Of a stretch of DNA of 64,000 bases, positions 39,588-50,269 are shown in pieces. Each line of letters starts with the position of its first letter. Position 1 is the first letter of the stretch. The translations under genes were made by a program, and so were the position numbers. Origin of the DNA: Sphagnum compactum (taxonomy: Eukaryota). The notes beneath the pieces are model-generated. The model saw nothing but the letters and a program-made list of their open reading frames with translations. It searched no databases and had not been told where the DNA came from. Location of the stretch: assembly GCA_965153455.1 (NCBI GenBank), contig OZ234493.1, positions 31,672,213 to 31,736,212 of the forward strand. Reading direction: 5' to 3'.

Positions 39588-41940
39588 ATGGAAGTTGTGA
39601 AAATGTTCACCCGAGTGAGCAGAACATATGGATCCACCTTCATTGCCCTGCTATTCTTAAGCTACTTCACTCAGGGATTGAGGTGCTTCCCATGGCTTGC
39701 CATCACCTACCACTTCAAAGACTACCTGAAGGTAAAAAAAAATGCTGCAAAATCTCCCCCCCTTTGCTGTTTCTTGCTGGTTGTTTTCAAGTACATATCA
39801 AATCAAGAAATGAAGCAAATCTTTGCTTGTTGACAAAGTTACCTCACAATGTCTCTACCAGGGAGGAGTCTTGTCTACAACAGACAGTGTCCCAGTCATA
39901 ATTCTCTTTCGAGTTTTTCTTGCAAAATGGTGCAGCAGTTGGGGATTTAGAATCAAGTACAGAATTTGACAGAGAAACTCTCATCATGTTTCATGGCCTT
40001 CTATGTTGCCACAGTTCAGATCAGCTTTCTGACATCCTAGTGTGTAGCTCAATCAAATTCCTGGGGTTGTTGATAAATGAGATGGATTTCTTTTCAAATG
40101 AATTCCTCTGCTTTGAACATGTGAAGTTCCTCTGTGGGTTTAGGGTTGATAAAGCATCACATTTAGAACCCAAATTCCATGTTTTGAAATTTTTGGATTG
40201 ATTTTGCACGTGAGCTTTGGATTTGTGAACTTGGGAGTTTTGGCGGTGGTGTAGGTGGATCCAGGAACTATGCAGTTTTTGATGGCATCGGCTGGTTTAC
40301 CTGCAATTGCGAAACCAATTTATGGTATAATCTCGGATTCTGTCTACATTCGAGGAGCTCATCGACTCCCATATCTCATCATTGCTAGTAAGGAGACCCT
40401 TACCAGACTTTGATATTGTGAGAATTAGCCAAAAGTTTTGTTTGTCACCTAGTGACAAATCCTAATGCAGCAGCACTTTTTGTCAAAGTAATGCAGCAGT
40501 TGTTTTGCAGTCCTGTTGGTTGTTGCTTATGATTGCCCAAAACTTGCAGATCTACTACAAGCACTGGGGTGGGGGGCAATAGCAATGCACCGCGGTGTCT
40601 CATCATCAGTGCTTGCACTGACTGCCTTCCTCACTGTCACTAATTTGGGGGGAGCAATTTCAGAGGTCATGAATGATGCAATGGTGGTTGAAGCTGGGAA
40701 GAACAAGAAAGGTGGTCAGCAAGGTAGGTTTACCAGTGTTGTCGGTTTAGGATCAGAATCAAGGGTCTTTGCTGTAAGCTTGAGTTTTCAGGATTGAAAG
40801 GTTTTGCAGGATTTTTTTTCTCCATTCTGTTCCAGGCTTCTTGTGATAGAAGTTTGAGTTTTGTTAAAATTCAGGAATTCACACTAAACTCATTCTGGGT
40901 TGTCTGGAACTCCCCAATTATGTGCATGAAGAATCTGGAAGGTGCTTGTGTATGATTTAACATTTTGAGTAAAAACGTTTCATGCAGGTGAGTTGCAGTC
41001 AATCGCATGGCTGGCAATGGCATCCGGTGCCATTGTTGGGAACTTGACGGCAGGTTACGCCATGACGATACTCACCCCTCAGGCAATGCTTACAATCTTT
41101 GTTGCACTCATACTTGTGCAGGTTCTTCTGGCTCTCTTTATTGATGAACGATCTTTTGGTCTAACACCACCCAAGCGGGATACTGATGAAAGTCAAGATC
41201 TCAAAAGCATTGATGGAAAGCAGAGGGGAATTTCAGCCATACGCCAACAGATCTCTATCCTAGCAAGTTTGCTTCGAAAGCCTGAGATTATGAGACCCAT
41301 GTTGTGGTTCCTTTCCTCGTACGCAGTGATTCCGATTCTAGGAAGCTCTGTGTTTTATTTCCAAACACAGAATTTGAAACTAAGTGCATCAGTAATTGGA
41401 CTGGCAAAAGTGGTTGGCCAGTTGGGGCTTTTGATCGGTAGCACACTTTACAACAAATCACTCAAAGGCGTCCCAATCCGCAGATTGTTTGCGATTGTCC
41501 AAACACTTCTTGCAGTTTGCATGCTTTCGGACATAGTTCTTGTGAAGCGGTGGAATCTTGAGCTTGGAATTCCAGATAAGTGGTTTCTGCTTGGTGCATC
41601 AGCATTTGTGGAGGCTATTGCACAGTTCAAAAACCTTCCCTTTGTGGTGCTCTTGGCCGAGCTCTGTCCACGGGGGAGTGAGGGCTCTCTCTTCTCCTTT
41701 TTTGCATCAGCACAGTGTATTGCTGGGTTAATGAGTGGGTACCTTGGAGTCGCATTGGCATCATACCTCCACATATCCACCGAGGACTTCAGTGCATTGC
41801 CACTTGGAATCCTCATCCAGGCATTATGCACTTTGCTTCCTGTTTTTGCTATTACCTTCATTGCCAGGCAACCGAAGAAGATCACTGACAGTCCTCAGCA
41901 GGTTCCAGCCACCGACCTTGATAGCAAAAAAGAGCTCTAA
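39588..41940 (+). CDS. BT1-family folate/biopterin transporter (MFS), 4 exons, 467 aa
   Basis: Exons 39588-39731, 40255-40387, 40550-40723, 40988-41940 (1404 nt, phase-consistent). Motifs: YFTQGLRCFPWLAITYHFKDYLKVDPG, KPIYGIISDSVYIRGAHRLPYL, EVMNDAMVVE, GELQS, LAELCPRGSEGSLFSFF; many TM helices. Confidence 0.93.
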
Positions 41941-42850
41941 GTCTCTAGCTTTTGAATCGATGCTTCTATAAGTTGCCAGAAAGATCTGATCGTGAAGTTC
42001 CAAGTTAACCTGCCACTCACAATCACTTGCTAGGTGAGCTGCTAGTCTGGCCCAGAGTAGGAAATCATCCCTTAGGCTACAGGTGCAACTGTGAATTCAT
42101 TAGGCAGGTGTAGAATAAAATGCCAGCTGCCCTCACAATCCTTGTGATTTATCCAGTCTCAAGCTATCCACATTCCAGGTGTATTGTGATATAGAAGATG
42201 CCATATTGAATCTCTGTTAATACCCATAATTTTGACACAATACAAGGGGGACCTGGGGGGTGCTCTCTCTTACCAGCCATGTGGAAGGAAGTGGAGAGAA
42301 CCTAGGGACCTTCCAGATTTTTCACTTCCACTTTTCAACACCAATCCTAAGTGATTTTTGTAGATTTGGTTGTAATGCAAGATTCAATTGTAATGTGACT
42401 GTATAGTAGCATCCACTAGAGCTTTTATGCATGAAAGTTTGAAGCAAGTTCCAAGCAGAATACACTCACAAGGATCCATGCTTCGCATTGATCTAAAGAG
42501 CACTCTTATATACAAATTTAGATCACAAAGATTTTTTTCCTAACATCAAATTAAGAAAGAAATTGCAGAATGCAGCCTAGGCACTTTTAAATTGTCCAAG
42601 CAATCTTCAAGCATGTACCTTGTTCCTTAACCTTGTTGCAATGTTAATTCTCCTGCATTTGACAGTGGGAGTGCAGTGGATGTGCTTTGTTATATAAAGC
42701 AAATTCCTAACCAAGAATCCTTTTTTTACAGAGGCAATGGTGAGCAAATTGATCCAACCTTAGATATATTGGTGAGACTGATGCACAGACCATCACAGTG
42801 GTGGCCAACCAACATAATGGTTCTCAAAATGAAAATGAAATGGAAAATGT

Positions 42851-44839
42851 TCAAGAACTCAGTGCAGGCCTCTTCAAGTTGGCTTTCAGCCTCTCAACTG
42901 CAGTTCTCAGTGTTTCCTCGTCCTTGCAAAATGCAAACCTCACCAAGTCCTTGCCATTCTTTGGATCAATGTAAAACGTACTAGGAGGAATGGCAGCCAC
43001 CCCCACATCCTCAATCAAATGCTTACAAAATGCCACATCATCTTCATACCCAAATGCTCTATGATCTACCATCACAAAGTAAGTGCCCTCAGGTTCAAAG
43101 ACCTTGAATCCAACACTCTTCAAACCCTCAACAAGGATATCCTTCTTGGTGCGGTAGCCACCAATTAACTCCTGGTAGAAAGAATCAGGTGCTGACAGTG
43201 CAGCAACAGCTCCCCACTGAAATGGTGCTGATGTTGAGAAAGTCAAGTAAGAATGGGCCTGACGAAGCCCCCAAGTAAGATGAGGGGGTGCCACTGCCCA
43301 CCCAATTTTCCACCCCGTCAGAGAGAAAGTTTTCCCCAATGAATTCATTGTGACTGTCCTCTCATACATTCCATCCAAGGAAGCTATTGACACATGCTCC
43401 CCTGTGAAAACAAGCTTGTTGTAAACCTCATCCATAAATGCAAGGGCGTCATGTTTCTTACACAAGGAAGCAATGAGCTCTAATTCCTTCCGAGAGAATA
43501 CTTTACCAGTTGGGTTATGAGGGGTATTCACTAAAATTGCTCGTGTCTTATTTGAAAAAGCAGTGCGAAGCTCCATTTCTGGGACTGCAAAATCTGGAGG
43601 CCGTAAAGTGACAGTTTTGACTGTTGCATCTGCCATAGCCAAAGTGGCTAAATAAGAGTCATAGAAGGGTTCAAACAGGATAACCTCGTCCCCTGGATTG
43701 ATGAGACCTATAATGGTGGCTGCAATTGCCTCAGTGCAACCAGATGTGACGGTGACTTCTGTTTCGGAGTTGACAGTTATCCCACTTTCCTTCTTGAAAC
43801 TTTGTGCAATAGCATAATTAAGCTCAGGAATTCCAAAGCCACGTGCATATTGGTTCATTCCATCCTGAATGGCACGGATTGCAGCATCCTTCACAAAATC
43901 CGGACCATCAAAATTTGGAAACCCTTGGCCCAAATTCACCGCCTTATGCTTCAAAGCAAGGATACTGATCTGTGTAAAAATTGTGGTCTTGAACTGCTCC
44001 AGACGCTTTGACACCTGTTCGGCCAAACCAGATGAGCCATAAAGTATGTGTAGTGGAGCACTTATGTATGTGCTACATAATTGTTCAAGGGGTTGACATT
44101 CTGAACAAACTATGCACATAGTTGGAAATTACACACTAGTTACACACTAAATATTGGATGCTCAGATCTGGAAGGTAGTCTGCCACCACACTTGTCTTCC
44201 CCTCAGTCTTGCAAAGGGAACAATTTTGATCCAGATACACATATCTATAACATTGCAGAGAAAACTCCACAACAACACTTGTAAGGTAACCTGACATCAC
44301 CATCACCTTCATTTATAAGCAGCAGTGATGATGAGCTGCCATGAATCCATTGCTGACTTGATCAGCTCCTGACCAACTGACCGACAGTGAGTGCAGAGAT
44401 AAGTATATATAACAATCTGCCCGATATTGTCAGGAAAACGGTTATACAAACATCTGCATCCCTGAGTTTCTGTCATATTTCCGGATACATAATGCACCAT
44501 CAAGCCATTCCATATGGATATGCACTTTCTGGGCATCCTCAGCTATTTCTAAAACGTTGACCAAACCCAAAAACCCAGGTAGATTGTTCCTGGGAATTTT
44601 GTTCTGCAGCTTTTGAGAAAACGACGAGTATCAGCTTCAAAAGGCAGGTGCTCTTCGAAGATGCAAAACCCTGGGAAGCAAGAAAAAAAACATATAAAAG
44701 CCAAACCCTGAGAGATACGAGAAGACGCAACTGTGTGGTCAGGAAAAATAACCTGGAGTGCAGGAGAAGCGTCCACAGGAACAGGGGACGAAGATGGTTT
44801 GGGAACTCCATTGTCCGTTGCGGTCGACACAGAGGCCAT
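42851..44839 (-). CDS. PLP-dependent aminotransferase class I/II (kynurenine/glutamine/methionine transaminase-like), 2 exons, 416 aa from first AUG
   Basis: Exon 1 44839-44753 (MASVSTATDNGVPKPSSSPVPVDASPALQ|gttatt); exon 2 44014-42851 (VSKRLEQFKTTIFTQ...INLGQGFPNFDGP...NTPHNPTGKVF...DEVY...NSLGKTFSLTGWKIGW with PLP lysine...VRFAFCK). Confidence 0.95.
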
Positions 44840-45108
44840 GGTGACGCGGATTGGCGCTCTCCAAGAAGAGGGCACCGAAACCAGCCCAGACCTCAGCGCC
44901 AGTCCCTTGGCTGTCGCCAGCGTTCTCTCCTCACCTCCTCTTGAAAAAGAAACTCCCGTTTTACAAGAAGAAGCTCGTGACAAACTCCGACATGGGCAAA
45001 AATCCTCGATCTGAGAACTCGCAGTTTTGTGAAGAGAAAACTCGATGCGCAGACGTGCGACGCTACGCCCTCGACGTGCTCGTCCTCTTCACGAGCAAAA
45101 CGCCACAA

Positions 45109-45378
45109 GAATCCAGGTCTTGATTCGAGGTCCGTAACTAACTATTCGGATGAGAATCCAGGTCTTGATTCGAGGTCAGTAGTCAGTACCTACTTATTTG
45201 CACAATAATCCAGGTCGTGATTTAAGTGTGTAAACTATTTGCTCAAGGAATCCAAGTCTTGATTTGAGGTCTGCAACTATTATTTACACAAGGGAATCCA
45301 GGTCGTGATTTGAGGTGTGTAACTACTATTCGCACAAGGAATCCACGTCTGGATTCAAGGTCTGTAACTATTTGGCAC
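45109..45378. repeat. ~45-bp x6 minisatellite immediately upstream of the aminotransferase transcript
   Basis: Six units beginning (g/t)aatcca(g/a/c)gtc(t/g)(t/g)gatt(c/t)(g/a)ag, each followed by a more variable aactatt..gcacaag part. Confidence 0.85.
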
Positions 45379-45563
45379 CTCGATTGTGTCCAGGTTCAGC
45401 GCATCGGGCCCACTTGGGGGCAGGGGATAGCTAGTCTTTTCAGGGGTTTTAACTTTCAAAACTTTTTGGACAGTTGCCCTCTTCTCCCTGTGCAGCAGAT
45501 GACAATGTCCTTTACAGAAAAAGCCTCTGAGATTTTTCTTCAGTCTATTTGGAGTTACACTTA

Positions 45564-45992
45564 GGGCGACTTTAGACGAGGGTCCAAGGTCCAGTGACCA
45601 ATGAATTCAAGCAATCTTATTGGTCAAAAGCTTTAAATTGGTCCCAAGGCCTTTAGACAAGGGACCCAAAAGTGGCAAATTGAGGCCTTGTGACCAATGA
45701 ATTCAAGCAATCTTATTGGTCAAAAGCTTTAAATTGGTCCCAAGGCCTTTAGACAAGGGACCCAAAAGTGGCAAATTGAGGCTAAACCGTACATGGCACC
45801 TCTGTTTTGGAGGGTAACTCAATTGGTTCTGACCAAAAACAACTGTGCTGCTAAAAGGAGAGTTCCTGATTTGGAGAACCAAGGATCAGGCTAGGGCCGA
45901 AGGTATAGTCCAACTCAAGGATTCAATTTGCTTAAAATCAGTCTAAATTGGTTCCTAGGAAATTGGACCCAGACCTTCGTCTAAAGCGGGCT
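45564..45992. mobile_element. PIF/Harbinger (Tourist)-like MITE with internal perfect 93-bp tandem duplication
   Basis: Ends gggcgactttagacgagggtc ... gaccttcgtctaaagcgggct are imperfect inverted repeats, flanked by tta (45561-45563) and tta (45993-45995). 45594-45686 is identical to 45690-45782. Confidence 0.7.
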
Positions 45993-47399
45993 TTAAGGTA
46001 CAAAGCCAGAAAATCCATGGGCAGTGGCAGTAGCTTTGCTGCCGTCGCCTTCTTGAGAGTATCTGTTGTACGGGCAGAAAGCAATACTCTCTGAGTATCC
46101 CATGAATAAATGCTATCGATTTTTACACTCATAAGTAGTACCTTCAAAGTGGGGTGAGTTCTGAAAGTAAAGCACACCTTTGGCTCACCCTTGGGTGTGC
46201 ACTTACTTCTAAAACTCCCTATTACTCACCATGGACGGGCCATATCTGTAGCCTGGGGTCAGTTTCCACATTGACAAAACAAATATTTATTTTTTTAAAA
46301 TAATGAATTCGTTATTAAAATTTGAAATTATATAATTTTTCATCATCTATTAATAATATTTTGATATAAGCAGTCAAATTATTCAAAATGTCACCTACAA
46401 TAATTTGATGATTTTTATATAATAGTTAGGTTTTTTCAGCCTTTTTTATTTGAATTACCCAATTTTTGAACTTTGATTTTTTGATATATTATAGTGAAAT
46501 TTTTTTTTTCATCTGTGAATTATCATATTTTCACAATATTTCATTTCATTATTTTGAGGATTATTTAATGACAAAACTGACCTTAGGGTAAGACATTGTA
46601 TTTTTTCAGTGTAATTCCCTCATCGGTTTAGAGTAGAAGAATTCTTGGGAGAAAACATGAAATTTGTTTGCCTCCCAAGTTAGGAGGAAGAATGTGCCCC
46701 ACTTTTTTTTTTAAAAATCTCTCTAGTGCTCAAAACCCCTAGGTATTAGATATTTCCCTCAGTTTAAAAAAAAAACTCTCCCGGGCTTCCTCTCCCCCTC
46801 GTTTTATTTCCTTCTTTTGTTGGGTAAAAAAAGTCTCAAATGTGACCAATTGTCAAGTCCTCTATTACATTTGCACTTTGTGCTGCTTCGTACTACTACG
46901 AATGATGATAATTAAATTGTTTTGTGTGGAAATAAGAATTTTGTTGTAATTAATTTTTTTAAATAAAATTTTATAAATTTCACTCTATGTCATTTTGTTC
47001 TATTAATATTTTCTTACATTCTTGATTTGCTAGGCAAAATGTCAACAAAAGTTCAATTCATTATAGAAAGTCCACAACTATATATAAACAAACCCAAAAG
47101 AAAAAAACATTGAAAGGATATAAATCAAACAACAAGAAACAAATAGACAAAAACATTGAAAAGGTGCAAAAACACACAACAAAATACAAACAAACCAAAA
47201 AAAAAAAAACCAATTATAAAAATAAAATTTGATCTGTCATGAATTATAATCCAAAATGATTCTGAAATTGTCACAATGACAATCACCAAAATACCCATCC
47301 TACATAAACCAGTTCTAATGAAACATCGTTATTGAAATTCAATTAGTGTAAAAACTAGCCCTGTAATAGAGGTTTGGTATATGGTATGTCAAATTTAAT

Positions 47400-47810
47400 C
47401 TTTAATAAATTTGATGAAAATAATTCATTTTCACTTGATAAAGTCGACTGCAATTCAGATTTATTAAGTTTCATTTGAATGAAAATATTGAATGAATTTG
47501 TATAATGCAACTTGAAGTGAATGCAACTCAATTCAATTTGAATTGAATTTAAATATATTTAATGGAATTCAAGGTCCCTTGAATTAAATTGAATTGAATT
47601 GAATTAATATTAATATTAAAAATTGAAATGAACTGAATAAAATTAATTTAAAAATTCTCTAGATTCAACGAGGTTAGTGTTCTCACTCAAATTTCAATTG
47701 AATTGAATTTGGTTGAATTGAATCAAATTAAAATCAAATTCAATTCAATACAATACAATTGAAAACCAAATTGAATTGAATTGAATTGAATTCTTTTCAT
47801 AATTTCATGC
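47400..47810. repeat. (GAATT)n/(AATTC)n low-complexity satellite-like tract
   Basis: Numerous aattgaattgaatt and aattcaattc runs in both orientations. Confidence 0.75.
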
Positions 47811-49464
47811 AACCTTAGTCAATATTGAAAAGCACATGCTAATTTATCTTTTCGTATCCATGTAGTTAGTGGTGGGTAGGTGAAAAGAGTGAAATAATTA
47901 TGAAATGTTTTACATAATTGTCATATGGATGATCATATATAATTATTAAGTTGACAATCATTATTAATGTTCTCATATTTTGTGAGGATCATCAATTTTG
48001 GTTCTCTCATAATATTTTAGGAATTGAACCAGTTCTCACAAATATAAGACTGGTTGGTTCTCAAAGGTGATTCTCACAAGTCAGTTATCAAAAGGTCAAT
48101 TATTATATAAAATGATTTTATTTTTTAGTTATAATATTTTTTATTAAAAAAAAGAACCAAGTTACAAATAAGAAAAATTATATTTCCAAAAAAAATTTAA
48201 AAATCAACAACAAGAAAAACTGGACAACACAATCGAAAAAATTAAAGTAACACAACAAAAAAAAAAAAGTTGACCATCTACAAGAAAAGCTAAAGCCCAA
48301 ATAATAGCAAAAGGAGCCAAGCAACAACCCAAACAACAATCTTTAAAAAAACTCTCAAACACACTATATTCTTTATTTAATATACTACCTAATTGCACAC
48401 AAACACAATCTCAATTGCAAATGTTATATGCTAGATACAAGGATATCGCAAGGGATATTTACAATATCCTCTGTGTTAGATGGATAGGTGGATGTGTACA
48501 TAGCTCAATATCACACATCCTGGTCAGTGGTTTCTCCAAAGGGATTCAATATCTATCCATGAAGCAAGGTAGTTTTGTTTGTTTTTGTTTTGTACTTATA
48601 AGATCCACCGAACAGGGATGCTTCAGATCGTGCTATTGGTCTCTTTGGAAACCTCTTGAGGAGGACTCGGGGTGCATCAGCCACGTTTCATGGTGTTTGG
48701 ACTTGTGGTGCAAAAGTTTTTGAAATATTGAATGATTTCTTCACTGAAAATTAAATTAAATTAAATTGTAACTGAAATTTTCGGAGGAATTGGAATGTGC
48801 CTTTGGTGTTGTTGGAAAGATCTTGATGAGCAGGATTTTAATGGATTTTTATTTGGTCAGATTTGGATTCAAAATGTGGGAGGTAATTGATTTTTAAGCG
48901 ATTTGTGTTGCTGAAAATTCAAATAAATTCCAAAAAAACCAGGTTTTGGAAGGAAAAATCAGTTGAGAACGCAGTAACACTGGCTGGAGTGAACCAGCAG
49001 GCACCAATGCACCTGTTGAGGATGAGCCCATTGAAGCCGTTTTGGGGATGAACCAAAAATCCATCCTCCTTGCCCGCAAGTATTTTTTTTTTTTCACCTC
49101 TTTTCTGCCCCAAAATTTTCCCCCTCCTACCTCCCCCCTCCTACATACCACCTCCTACCTCTCACTCCATCGCCAGAGCTCGAAAGCCGTCGAATGGGAT
49201 GGGAGGCTGGAGCTGGATCACCAGAGCTCTAGAGCCGTCGAGCAGGAGGGGAGGCTAGAGCTGCCGTTGTTTCAGCCGGGCTACCACTGCAGCTGCCATT
49301 GTTGGAGCCGAAGAGCTGTCATTGTTGGAGCCAGGGAGCTGTCGTTGTTGGAGCTAGAGCCCCTCAAGCGAGACCCACGCGGGACCCAGAGCGGGAACTT
49401 CAGGTAAGCTCCCTCCCTCCCTCCCTTCTTTGTTTTGTTGCAACATCTTCTTCTTTTTTCTTGC

Positions 49465-50160
49465 AACGCAGAAGGCGACGGCAGCAACATTGCCGTCGCC
49501 TTCTTCTTTTTGTTTTGCTGCAGCGCAACGAAGAAGGCTTCTTCTTCTTCTTGTTTCTTCTTCCAGCGCAGAAGGCGACGGCAACAACGGCAACAACAAC
49601 GTTGCCGTCGCCTTCTTTTCGTTCTACTCCAATGCAGAAGGCAACCGCAGCGTTGTTGTTGTCGCCTACTTCATTTTGTTTTTCTTCTTTTTTCTTGCAG
49701 TGCAGAAGGCGACGGCAACTGCCGTCGCCTTCTTTTTGTGTTTTGCTGCAGCGTAGTGAAGAAGGCAACGGTAGCAACTACCATCACCTTTATTTTTTCT
49801 TGCTGCAGCATAGAAGGCGACGGCAACAACTGTTGTCGTCGCCTTCTTTTTTTCGTTTTGCTACTACGTAGAAGGCGATGGCAACATTGTTGCCATCGCC
49901 TTTTGTTTTTTCTTTCTTTGCAGCGCAAAGAAGAAAGCAACGGCAACAAAGCTACCGTTGCCTTCTTCTTCTTTTTTCGTTGTAATGCAGAAGGCGTGTA
50001 GCGCAGGAGGCGACGACAACAACTTTGTATTGAAGAAGAAGAAGACGACAGCTTTTATCACCTTCTTTGATGGCTTTGCTGCCAGGAAATGGCGACCTTC
50101 GCCTTTTTTTGGTGGTTTTGCTGCGAAGAAGGTGACGGTAGCAATGTCGTCACCTTCCTG
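49465..50160. repeat. Array of ~9 palindromic units AGAAGGCGACGGCA(n)TGCCGTCGCCTTCT inside the MULE
   Basis: Units near 49470, 49570, 49636, 49704, 49760, 49812, 49870, 49931 and 50126, separated by T/C-rich spacers. They lie between a donor (cag|gtaagc, 49403/49404) and an acceptor (tttag| at 50255). Confidence 0.85.
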
Positions 50161-50269
50161 TATGGTGGCGGTTTTATTTTATTTTCTTTGTTGGTGCTAA
50201 TGGTTTAGTTCATTAGGATTAACAATTAATAGTGAAATGGTGGTTTTCTATTTAGGGTTGACGGTTGTA

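Noticed and set aside
44015-44119. N-terminus MCIVCSECQPLEQ... of the 422-aa ORF
   Set aside because: Intron sequence; the acceptor at 44017-44015 joins the upstream exon ending PALQ, matching family alignment at QV(S/A)KRLE.
45109-45378. CRISPR-like appearance (palindromic ~23-bp repeat with variable spacers)
   Set aside because: Spacers are homologous to each other, repeats are degenerate, there are no cas genes and the context is eukaryotic; it is a minisatellite.
49042-50200. Many overlapping 60-190 aa ORFs on both strands
   Set aside because: Artefacts of the low-complexity palindrome array; no coherent protein.
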